From the NCBI GenBank assembly GCA_951812945.1, contig CATOTB010000001.1:488198-552197 (forward strand): a stretch of 64,000 nucleotides of DNA. Reading direction: 5' to 3'. How positions within the stretch are numbered: the first letter of the stretch is position 1; each line of letters begins with the position of its first letter. A model generated the notes under the pieces. The model had not been told where the DNA came from. It did not search any database and was given only the letters and a program-made list of their open reading frames with translations. A program made the translations under genes and the position numbers. This DNA comes from Candidatus Dadabacteria bacterium. GTDB lineage: Bacteria > Desulfobacterota_D > UBA1144 > Nemesobacterales > Nemesobacteraceae. Below are positions 55,462 to 64,000 of this stretch, one piece after another.

Positions 55462-57621
55462 ATGGCTTCTTCTATAACGGACATCTCGAGCAAGAGGGCC
55501 CCTGCCGGTTTTTCCAAAAAGGAAAAATATCTTAACAGGGAGCTTTCTTGGCTTGACTTTAACCTTAGGGTTCTTGAGACGGCGGCAGACAAGAAGGTTC
55601 CGCTTCTTGAGAGGGTGCGCTTTCTCTCCATCTCCGCTAGCAACCTCGATGAGTTCTACATGGTCAGGGTGGCGGGTCTTGCGGGACAGGTTATGGAGGG
55701 AGTTACAGATCGCAGCAAAGACGGCCTTACTGCGTCGCAGCAGCTTGAAGCGATAAGGGAGAAGGTGCACTTCCTGCTTGACAGCCAGTACGAGTGCGAA
55801 AAGGACTTGTTTTCCCTCTGCAAGAAGGCCAAGATCAAGATCGTAACTCCCGAGAAACTCGACCGCTCGGGCGCCAGATGGCTTTCCGAGTGGTTCTCTA
55901 AAAAGCTTTTTCCGGTGCTTACCCCGCTTGCCATAGACCCAGCGCATCCGTTTCCCTTCATACAGAGTGGGAGCCTTGTGTGCGCCGTGCAGCTGAGCCG
56001 CGCCGAGGACGGAAAGCGCATGAAGGGTCTCATAATTCTGCCTTCTCAGGTTGAGCGCTTCATAAGGGTTCCGGGAGGAAAAAAAACCCAATTTGTCCCG
56101 ATCGAGAAGGTCATCGAGCACAACATGAAATCCCTTTTCCCGGGTTTTGAAGTGGATGACAACGGGATCTTCCAGATCACCCGAGACAGCCTTCTTGAGA
56201 TAGACGAAGACGCGGAAGATCTGGTCGAGACGTTTGAAACTGCCCTTAAGCAGCAACGCAGGGGAGGGTCAGTGATCAGGGTTGACGTCAACGCGGACAT
56301 GCCGGATGCGATCGTCAACTTCATAATGGACAAGCTTGAGGCCAGTGACGCGCATTTTTTCAGAATCAAGGGGATGCTCGGGCTTGAAAGCGTGAAACAG
56401 ATAATACTCGATGAGCGAAGCGACCTTCTTTACAAGCGCATGAGTATCCGCTACCCCGAGCGGGTCAGAGAATTCGGAGGCGACGTGATAGCCGCCATAC
56501 GGCAGAAGGATTTCGTCGTTCACCATCCCTACGAGAGTTTCGACGTCGTCGTTGAGTTCCTCAAGCAGGCAGCCGAGGATCCGGCGGTCGTTGCGATCAA
56601 GCAGACGCTTTACCGCACCTCGGAAGACTCTCCGATAGTGAAAAGGCTCATAGAAGCTGCTGAGGCCGGAAAATCCGTAACTGCCATGGTGGAGCTCAAG
56701 GCCCGTTTCGATGAGGAGGCCAACATCCGCTGGGCGCAACGCCTCGAGGATGCGGGAGTCCAGGTTGTGTTCGGATTCATTGACCTTAAAACACACGCCA
56801 AGGTATCGCTGGTAGTGAGAAGGGAAGGTTCTGACATCCGTACCTACACCCACTATGGCACCGGCAACTATCACCCCGTAAACGCCAAGATATACACAGA
56901 CCTCAGCTACTTCACAGCCGACGAGGCGCTCGGCCGCGACGCCGCCAAGCTTTTTAACTACATGACCGGCTATGCCACTCCGAAGAAGATGGAGAGGATA
57001 TTTTTCTCTCCCGTCACGATGCGCCCGAAGGTGCTTGAGCTTATAAGGGACGAGATAGACCATGCGAAGGCCGGCCGCCCCGCGGTGATATGGGCCAAGA
57101 TGAATTCCCTTGTGGACAGCAAGATAATAGACGCGCTTTACGCGGCGAGTTGCGCGGGGGTAAGAATTGAGCTTTTCGTTCGGGGAATATGCTGCCTGAG
57201 GCCCGGGGTGCCGGGGCTCTCCGAGAATATCAGGGTAAAGAGCATTGTGGGGCGTTTCCTTGAGCACAGCAGGGTTATCTGCTTTGGCGCCGGGGAGGGG
57301 CTTCCTTCTAATGCCTGCAAGGTCCTCATCTCGTCTGCGGACTGGATGCCCCGTAATCTTGACCGCAGGGTGGAGTCGCTTGTTCCAATTGAAAACGCCA
57401 CGGTGAAAAAGCAGCTTGTCGAGCAGGTGATGGTTGCTAACCTAAATGATGTCGCGAACAGCTGGGAGATGCTCCCTGATGGTTCTTTCCGCAAGCTAAA
57501 AAGCGATTCGGACAGTTTTTCGGCTCATAAATACTTTATGACCAACCCCAGTCTTTCAGGAAGAGGCAAAGCGCTTGCCAAATCCCGGCCGCAAATGCCG
57601 GCTGAGTTTGTGCAGGAATAA
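55462..57621 (+). CDS. ppk: polyphosphate kinase 1
   Basis: 719 aa; PPK1 N, head and two PLD-like C-terminal domains. Confidence 0.93.
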   Translation: MASSITDISSKRAPAGFSKKEKYLNRELSWLDFNLRVLETAADKKVPLLERVRFLSISASNLDEFYMVRVAGLAGQVMEGVTDRSKDGLTASQQLEAIREKVHFLLDSQYECEKDLFSLCKKAKIKIVTPEKLDRSGARWLSEWFSKKLFPVLTPLAIDPAHPFPFIQSGSLVCAVQLSRAEDGKRMKGLIILPSQVERFIRVPGGKKTQFVPIEKVIEHNMKSLFPGFEVDDNGIFQITRDSLLEIDEDAEDLVETFETALKQQRRGGSVIRVDVNADMPDAIVNFIMDKLEASDAHFFRIKGMLGLESVKQIILDERSDLLYKRMSIRYPERVREFGGDVIAAIRQKDFVVHHPYESFDVVVEFLKQAAEDPAVVAIKQTLYRTSEDSPIVKRLIEAAEAGKSVTAMVELKARFDEEANIRWAQRLEDAGVQVVFGFIDLKTHAKVSLVVRREGSDIRTYTHYGTGNYHPVNAKIYTDLSYFTADEALGRDAAKLFNYMTGYATPKKMERIFFSPVTMRPKVLELIRDEIDHAKAGRPAVIWAKMNSLVDSKIIDALYAASCAGVRIELFVRGICCLRPGVPGLSENIRVKSIVGRFLEHSRVICFGAGEGLPSNACKVLISSADWMPRNLDRRVESLVPIENATVKKQLVEQVMVANLNDVANSWEMLPDGSFRKLKSDSDSFSAHKYFMTNPSLSGRGKALAKSRPQMPAEFVQE

Positions 57622-57625
57622 CTCT

Positions 57626-59154
57626 ATGACAGAAATTTCTTCCTCCGCCGCGCCCTTCGGCAAGGTCGGAACCGCGGCCGTAATAGACGTAGGATCAAAC
57701 TCCATACGTCTTGTGATCTACAAGGGCCCGAGGCGCGCCCCGCTTCCAATACTTGATGAGAAGGTTTCCTGCGGCTTGGGGCGCGGGATGGACTCTCGGG
57801 GCAGGATGTCTCCGCAGAGCATGGATCTCGCCCTGCGAACTGTAAGCCGCTTTGTCGATATCGCGCGCTCGATGAAGGTTTCCGGAATAAAGGCGGTTGC
57901 CACCGCCGCGGTGAGAAACGCCTCAAACGGCTCCGACTTCAAAGAGGCTGTTGAGCAGCAATGCGGGATTTCACTTCGGGTGCTCTCTGGCATGGACGAG
58001 GCAAGGCTTTCCGCGCTCGGTACTCTCTGCGCCATTCCTGACGCTGACGGCGTAATGGGGGATATAGGCGGCGGAAGCCTTGAGTTGGTAGAGATTTGCG
58101 AAGGGGAATTAGGAAACCACGCCACGTTACCGCTTGGCACGATCCCGCTTCTTGAAAGCGGCCTGAGTCCCGTAAAGGCCCGAAAGAAACTGATTGTCCC
58201 CCTCCTTGACGAGCTTTCCTGGCTTGAGAACGCGAAAAAGAAAACCTTCTACGCCGTCGGGGGTTCGTGGCGAGCTCTTGCTAAAAAACACATGGAATCT
58301 GAGGATTATCCGCTTCGCATAGTTCACGGCTACAGTCTTTCGAGATCCAAGGCGGTTGAGATGTCCGGGAGATAGCCGAGATGTCTTCGGGTTCGCTTCA
58401 GGATCTCTGGACCCTGGGGCGAAACAGGGTGGAGTCCGCTCCCTACGCCGCCACGCTTATGAAGAGTCTTCTGAAAAAAACGGGCGTTAACAACCTCATG
58501 TTTTGCACGTACGGGCTTCGGGAGGGATGTATATACGACGATCTTTCCCCGGAGCAGAGTTCTCTGGATCCGCTGGTTGTCATGTGCGAGGAAATCGCCC
58601 TTAAGATGGGAAGGTCCGTTGAGGACGGCAAGGCTTTCTGCAAGTGGATAGAGGCGGCAATTCCAGATAAATACGCCGGAGACTCGAGGCTTAGGCTCGC
58701 CGCATGCCATCTCTCGGACATAGGAATTTCCGAGCATCCGGAATACCGGGCGGAGCAGGTGTTTTTAAGGATACTGCGGATGCCGCTTGTGGGAATCACT
58801 CATCCGGAGAGGGTGAAGGTGGCTCTCTCGGTATCTTCAAGACACGCGGCAATAGGAAACCTGATTCGCCGCTGGGAAGTTTCCGGGTTTCTTTCCAATG
58901 ATGATGTGGAGGAAGCCAGGGTTACGGGGCTTGCTCTTCGTCTGGCTTACACGGTCTCGGGAGGGGTGGCGCGGATTCTTGAGAGTACCAGGCTTGAGAG
59001 AGCCGGGAAAAAGCTTGCTTTGCATATGCCTGGCCAGATTCCTCACCCGGAAACCGTCGGTCGCCGTCTGGGGGCCCTTGCAAAGGCCGTCGGATGCGAT
59101 TATGAGACGATTGCGCGGGATCAAGCTAATGAAACCGCTGGGTGGGGAACTTAG
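57626..59154 (+). CDS. ppx: Ppx/GppA-family exopolyphosphatase, split into two ORFs by a frameshift near 58345-58395 (57626-58375 and 58381-59154)
   Basis: N-terminal actin-like Ppx-GppA domain (VIDVGSNSIRLVIY) in ORF 1; the continuation (…GLREGCIYDDL) and HD-like region in ORF 2 are in another frame. Confidence 0.65.
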
Positions 59155-59203
59155 ATTCGTGTAGAATTCCCTCTGACTTTTAGCTGTTTGCTGGTCGGAT
59201 CTG

Positions 59204-60106
59204 ATGAATTTACTTGACGCAATAGACAACCTGAATATCTGGAAGCAAGGGGACAAAAGAGCTCCTCACAAGCCTCTACTTCTTCTATATGCGCTCGCTG
59301 AACAAGTCCGAAATCCAGACGCTAGGTTTGAGTTTTTTCGTATAGAAGAAAATATTGATCAGTTATTAAATGATTTTTACAAATCATTTCCCGGACGCAG
59401 ACACCATGTAAATGATCCTTTCTGGCGCCTTCGCGGGGATGGAATCTGGAAAGTAGAATCCGACGGAATAATAAGGGAAACCAGTTCAGGAGGTGCTTAT
59501 GTAAGCGATTTAAGGAAATACAATGCTACGGGTTCGTTTTCTAAAGGGGTTGTTCAAGAGATAAGAAATAATCCTGAAGTTGCTTTGCAGGCCGCACGGA
59601 AACTGCTTAATGAACATTTTCCCGAATCATTGCATCAAGATATACTGGAGACTGTAGGATTAGATTACAAGACAATTTCTGCTAAAGAATACATTTCTAA
59701 AAAAACTAAAAGAGACAGTACATTTCGGCAGAAGGTTCTTCACGCCTACGGTTACAGTTGTGCGGTGTGCGGGTTTAATCTGCGCATGAAAACTCTTCCT
59801 GTCGGACTGGAAGCGGCGCATATCAAGTGGCATCAGCATGGAGGACCAGATGCTGAAAACAACGGACTGGCACTATGCGCCACGCACCACAAGTTGCTTG
59901 ACTCGGGGGTGCTGGCACTCTCTGACAATTACCAAATCATTCTTTCAGAGTGGATATTTGATCCCGACCGAAAAAACAGTTTTATACGGGAGCATCATAA
60001 CCGTGAAATCAGATTGCCTAGGAACAGCAACCATTTGCCCAAAATGGATTATATCCGCTGGCACAGAAAAGAAGTGTTTAAAGAACCCGAACTAGTTTTG
60101 ATTTAG
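59204..60106 (+). CDS. McrA-like HNH endonuclease with an uncharacterised N-terminal domain (candidate modification-dependent restriction enzyme)
   Basis: C-terminal HNH: CAVCGF...LEAAHIKWHQHGGPDAENNGLALCATHHKLLDSG; N-terminal domain with KAPHKPLLLLYAL; AT-rich. Confidence 0.65.
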   Translation: MNLLDAIDNLNIWKQGDKRAPHKPLLLLYALAEQVRNPDARFEFFRIEENIDQLLNDFYKSFPGRRHHVNDPFWRLRGDGIWKVESDGIIRETSSGGAYVSDLRKYNATGSFSKGVVQEIRNNPEVALQAARKLLNEHFPESLHQDILETVGLDYKTISAKEYISKKTKRDSTFRQKVLHAYGYSCAVCGFNLRMKTLPVGLEAAHIKWHQHGGPDAENNGLALCATHHKLLDSGVLALSDNYQIILSEWIFDPDRKNSFIREHHNREIRLPRNSNHLPKMDYIRWHRKEVFKEPELVLI

Positions 60107-60539
60107 TAGTACTAAGTGAAATAAATTCTCAAATCTGATTGCGAGATGCGGCAATACGAAGAAAAAGCCTTTTTTGATTCTTGAGATACTGCCAAGATAA
60201 AGTGATAGCAACAATCTGTATGGAACTTTCAACGTCGCAACAATCTCTGGGCATGCCAAGTCTTAATCGTGCATGGTTGCTTGGAATCTTGGCCAACATC
60301 TCTTCATGAGATCGTTGCCGATGTACTGTGATAAAAGGAATTTGAATTGTTCGGTATGTACTTCTTTAAGCTTATTACCAAACGAATGATCAAGGCATGT
60401 GTAGGCAGTTCCTCAAAACACCGAAAAGAACTGACAAAGGAGATGCCGCTTGGAAACAAATGGGTGGTTTAGGGCGGCATTACAGTTGTTGCCACCATGC
60501 TGGAGAGAACCCTGACGAGGCAAACACAGGAGTATTGCG

Positions 60540-61586
60540 ATGAATCGAACGAAAGTATTTCTTGATTCCAACATCTTAATCCAAGCGGGGAAACCACCGG
60601 GTGGGCCGGTCCTCGAACGGTTGAAGCATTTGGTTAATGCCGGTCTTGTAACTGTGCTGACCACGGATCTGACCTGCCGGGAGGTTGCGAAGAAGCATAC
60701 TGAAAACGACTACAATGTCATAAAAGAAGTTGGACAACCTCATTTCCGCAATATAGTTAAGGACATACTGGGCACCAAGTTTCCCAAAATCACTAAAAGC
60801 AAACTGAAAACCAAACTTGCCAAGTCATACAGGCAATCCACCGAGGCTATGCTCACTGAGCTCAACTGCAGAATGCTGAAAATTGACGATATTAAACCTT
60901 CCAAAGTGTTATTTTCTTACACTAACGGAGAGGGGTTCTTTGCTGGAGAGGCAAAAAAGGAACAATTTCCCGACGCTTTTATCTTCGAGTGTCTCAAGGC
61001 CGAAGCGTCAGGGGAAGAATCGATTATAGTTGTCTCGAATGACCGTGATTTCAAAAAACCGGTCGAGGATGAGGCTCACATCTCGCTCGTGAAATCCTTG
61101 CCCGAACTCTTTGAAAGGATGGGTCTTAAAATTGACGCACCCGACATGGAGGGTTTCCTTGAGTGTCATGAGGGTAAGTTGTTTGAAGCGGTCAACGAAG
61201 AGTTGAATTGCTGGGGATTCGTTGGAGATGTTCCAGACTCCGAGATTGAAGAGACAACAGTAACTGATGTGAGAGTAATTAAACTCGCAAGTTTCGGGTC
61301 GACTGAGAAAAGAGGCTCAATTCTGATAGTCGGTCGTCTCCATGTGAGAGCGGAGATTTCATATGCCCATCCGGACTGGGATACCGCAATGTACAGCGAC
61401 GACGATATCCTTGTCTGGATTAATGATGAGCGCGTGAGTGGCGAGACTGAAGTCGGCTTCAATGTGGATGTGTCGATGTCGGTAGCGGTGGATAAAAACG
61501 ACAATCCCAAGAGCATTGAAGAACTGCGTTTCCTAAACGGCGACTTTCAGCATATCGAGCTCCACAGTGATCATTATCACGATTAG
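60540..61586 (+). CDS. PIN-like nuclease domain protein with C-terminal domain of unknown function
   Basis: PIN signature acidic residues (VFLDSNILI ... IVVSNDRDF); GGAG RBS. Confidence 0.55.
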   Translation: MNRTKVFLDSNILIQAGKPPGGPVLERLKHLVNAGLVTVLTTDLTCREVAKKHTENDYNVIKEVGQPHFRNIVKDILGTKFPKITKSKLKTKLAKSYRQSTEAMLTELNCRMLKIDDIKPSKVLFSYTNGEGFFAGEAKKEQFPDAFIFECLKAEASGEESIIVVSNDRDFKKPVEDEAHISLVKSLPELFERMGLKIDAPDMEGFLECHEGKLFEAVNEELNCWGFVGDVPDSEIEETTVTDVRVIKLASFGSTEKRGSILIVGRLHVRAEISYAHPDWDTAMYSDDDILVWINDERVSGETEVGFNVDVSMSVAVDKNDNPKSIEELRFLNGDFQHIELHSDHYHD

Positions 61587-61642
61587 CGGAAACGCAGTCT
61601 GGGAAAAACAATGTCTTGCGTCAATCAACATGACTCAAGTTT

Positions 61643-62293
61643 ATGAACAGGGTAAAATCCTCTGGATTCCAGGTTGAGGTATGGATTAACATGTTGCCCG
61701 ACTTTCCTAAGATAAAGAAAGACATCCATAAGAAATTGCTTATCCCATATGCCAAGCACAAGAGGGCATCACGTCTGGGGATTTTGAACCAAATGACCTT
61801 AATAAAAGTGCATGAAGGCAATAATAGTCGGATCCTCAGAAGCGACAAAACTCAAGATACGGCGAGACCGAATGATATTTCAGGAAGCTTTTCATATGAA
61901 CTTTCCGATATAAAAGATATGACGATAGAAGATGTTTTTAGGAATATAGACGATGCAACGGAAGAGCTTACTATTAAACTGATTGATCATGTCGTGAATA
62001 AAGTCGAAACCGTCTGCGAAGAAACGGGCAACGTACTAAATCTTAACAACAAGAAATTTACCGCCGTTCACTACCTTGAACTTCTTGAAAAACTTGAAAT
62101 AAGATTCGATTGTAACGGAGATCCGATTTTGCCGGATGCTCTTGTGGGTGCTTCACTTGATCCAAAGGCTATAAAAGAAGAGATGCAAAAAACACAAAAG
62201 GATGAAACGCTTCGAAAAAGATTTGCCGAAATCATAAGCAAGAAAAGAGAAGAGCATAATGCTAGAGAGGGTAATAGAGAACTGGTTAGATAA
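61643..62293 (+). CDS. hypothetical protein (probable start ATG 61691)
   Basis: ORF overlapping the downstream gene by 35 nt; no family I recognise. Confidence 0.4.
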   Translation: MNRVKSSGFQVEVWINMLPDFPKIKKDIHKKLLIPYAKHKRASRLGILNQMTLIKVHEGNNSRILRSDKTQDTARPNDISGSFSYELSDIKDMTIEDVFRNIDDATEELTIKLIDHVVNKVETVCEETGNVLNLNNKKFTAVHYLELLEKLEIRFDCNGDPILPDALVGASLDPKAIKEEMQKTQKDETLRKRFAEIISKKREEHNAREGNRELVR

Positions 62294-63926
62294 CGTGACG
62301 GAAAGATCGTTTGAGAACTCTTTTTGTCACATGCTTGCTTACCGAGGCTACACCGTTTTACACAAGACCAGGCATACCGGACTGGAAATGGGCAAGGATG
62401 TAATTGCCGTAGCGGAAGACGGCGTCCCTTGTGTTTTTCAGTTGAAAACCGCGGTGAACGGAACCATAAAACAGCGATACTGGACTGATAACATACAGAA
62501 TCAAGTTATTACGATGATCAATACCAAACCGATCCATCCAGCTTTGAAAGACTATAGCCACCACAGATCTTATTTTGTTACGAACGGAAAAATAGAAGAA
62601 GAGGTAACGCGGCAGATAGATGATTTAAACAGAAGGTTTGAAGCTCAGGGATGTGGACATAAAAAATTGGAAGTAATTGTCAAAGGTCAGTTGTCGGCAT
62701 GGGCAAAAGAACTGGAAACGGACTTGTGGCCGTCGGAACTGACAGACGTTCGGCTGCTTCTTGAACTCTTTCTTGAAGATGGAAAAGATGTTCTTGATAA
62801 AGCAAAGCTGTCCCGGCTTCTTGAGGCCTGCGTTAATTTTGAAAGCCATCCGAATAAAAAGGAGTCGAAAAGAGCAGTCTCGAGTTTAGCCCTCTTAAAC
62901 GCTGTTGCCGTAAGCAACTATTCGAACTCGAAGAACTACGTTGCCGAGATTGAAGCATGGGTGATCTACATGTCTTATTTATTTGCTTATGCTGAAAAAT
63001 GGAAAATTGGAAAGAAAATCTGGTCTGAAGAATTTAACATTGCGAAGAATTATATTGGTCAGCTTCTGGGAGAGCTTTATAAGGAAGTAAAATCCTCCAA
63101 ATTTTATATCGAGGGTGACCCAAGCACAGAACCATTTCTTATTTACCCTATACGGATTACATACTTGATTTCTCTTATGAGCATTTTCTCTTTATGGGCT
63201 GAATGTGAAAATTTTGACGACAATGAAGAAATAAATGAGTTCTGCAGGGAGTTCTGTTTAAAAAACAAAGACTATATGCTTTTGTGGGGAGAGGCCGCTG
63301 TACCTCAGTACTTATCATTCTACTGGTATTACAGCAAAATTGACGCAACCATCTCACCCTCTAATTTCTTATTAGGTGCTATTGGACAAATTATTGCGTT
63401 AAACAAGCCCAAGAACTTGCCAAAACAAGAAAATGTTTTCAGGGGAAACGAACACTTGTACCTTCCGCAAAACGATGGGATAGCGAACGCTTATTACAAT
63501 TCTAATGAATTATTGCCATATCTGCTCGGAATAAACGATGAACCGATTGAGGATCATTTTTTAGAACGCTCCCAAACTTTATGGGCTTTAATTGAGATTT
63601 ACGTCCGCTTGAATTTTCAAAGACCGGTATTCATGTTCTGGAAAGATGCAACATACATTAGCGAGGTTGAATTCAAGCCCAAATACAAATGGCATTTCTT
63701 TAGATGGAAAAATGATGAGGGAGAAGTGGTAGAAGAACAGAAAAATGGGCAAAAATGGCCTGAATTAAGAAAGCAAGTTCAAGAAATTGATTACAGGAAT
63801 ATTCCAGAAAAATTCAAGAAAGAACCTATATTGTTTTTGTTGTTTTTATGTGTATATCCCCATCGCATCTCTACTTCAATTGTGAAATGGCTTGATAGCG
63901 AAATCCGTGAACAAGAAACTGATTAG
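62259..63926 (+). CDS. protein with N-terminal Mrr-like PD-(D/E)xK nuclease domain and about 450-aa C-terminal region of unknown function
   Basis: FENSFCHMLAYRGYTVLHKTRHTGLEMGKDVIAVAEDGVPCVFQLK fits the Mrr_cat pattern (D...D/E-x-K as GKDVIA...FQLK); remainder has no family I recognise. Confidence 0.5.
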   Translation: MLERVIENWLDNVTERSFENSFCHMLAYRGYTVLHKTRHTGLEMGKDVIAVAEDGVPCVFQLKTAVNGTIKQRYWTDNIQNQVITMINTKPIHPALKDYSHHRSYFVTNGKIEEEVTRQIDDLNRRFEAQGCGHKKLEVIVKGQLSAWAKELETDLWPSELTDVRLLLELFLEDGKDVLDKAKLSRLLEACVNFESHPNKKESKRAVSSLALLNAVAVSNYSNSKNYVAEIEAWVIYMSYLFAYAEKWKIGKKIWSEEFNIAKNYIGQLLGELYKEVKSSKFYIEGDPSTEPFLIYPIRITYLISLMSIFSLWAECENFDDNEEINEFCREFCLKNKDYMLLWGEAAVPQYLSFYWYYSKIDATISPSNFLLGAIGQIIALNKPKNLPKQENVFRGNEHLYLPQNDGIANAYYNSNELLPYLLGINDEPIEDHFLERSQTLWALIEIYVRLNFQRPVFMFWKDATYISEVEFKPKYKWHFFRWKNDEGEVVEEQKNGQKWPELRKQVQEIDYRNIPEKFKKEPILFLLFLCVYPHRISTSIVKWLDSEIREQETD

Positions 63927-64000
63927 GGCGGACATTGCGGATATTTCAGAAGGTTATGGGGCAGAGCAATGCCAGTCAGATTTTCTCGTTGTATTTTCGT

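Noticed and set aside
55456-56256. 266-aa minus-strand ORF antisense to ppk1 (and similar long antisense ORFs inside dnaE, hemL and mutB)
   Set aside because: These are typical shadow ORFs of GC-balanced genes. The sense strand carries unmistakable PPK1, DnaE, HemL and MCM domains.

Overview
This 64 kb window is bacterial chromosome, about 50% GC, and is mostly housekeeping genes with two accessory patches. The core genes include an RND efflux pump fragment, gap-pgk-fbaB glycolytic genes with fbp opposite, a mutA-mutB-meaB methylmalonyl-CoA mutase operon, queC-queE, xseA, a CCA-adding enzyme, an atpZ-I-B-E sub-operon, hemL, pal-cpoB, ispE, tRNA-Gln, a UvrD-like helicase, selO and dnaE. A CYTH/CHAD-ppk1-ppx polyphosphate cluster is also present, and both the CYTH-CHAD and ppx genes are frameshifted. 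The first accessory patch runs from about 14.9 to 24 kb. It holds a GAAGGGACA direct-repeat array and a PKD-domain ORF. It also holds a 5,028 bp element bounded by perfect 31 bp inverted repeats and an 8 bp direct repeat TAAATTTG. That element carries an IS1595-family transposase plus cargo: a DNA methyltransferase-HNH fusion preceded by a poly-C tract, a membrane-anchored S1 protease, a lipoprotein and tiny ORFs. Next to it lie an IS256-family transposase remnant and a pair of 32 bp perfect inverted repeats. A GC-rich hipBA toxin-antitoxin pair sits beside the atp genes. The second accessory patch (59.2-64 kb) is markedly AT-rich. It encodes an McrA-like HNH nuclease, a PIN-like protein, a hypothetical protein and a Mrr-like PD-(D/E)xK fusion, and is a candidate uncharacterised defense island. 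A bacterial protein with two SRCR domains is also notable.
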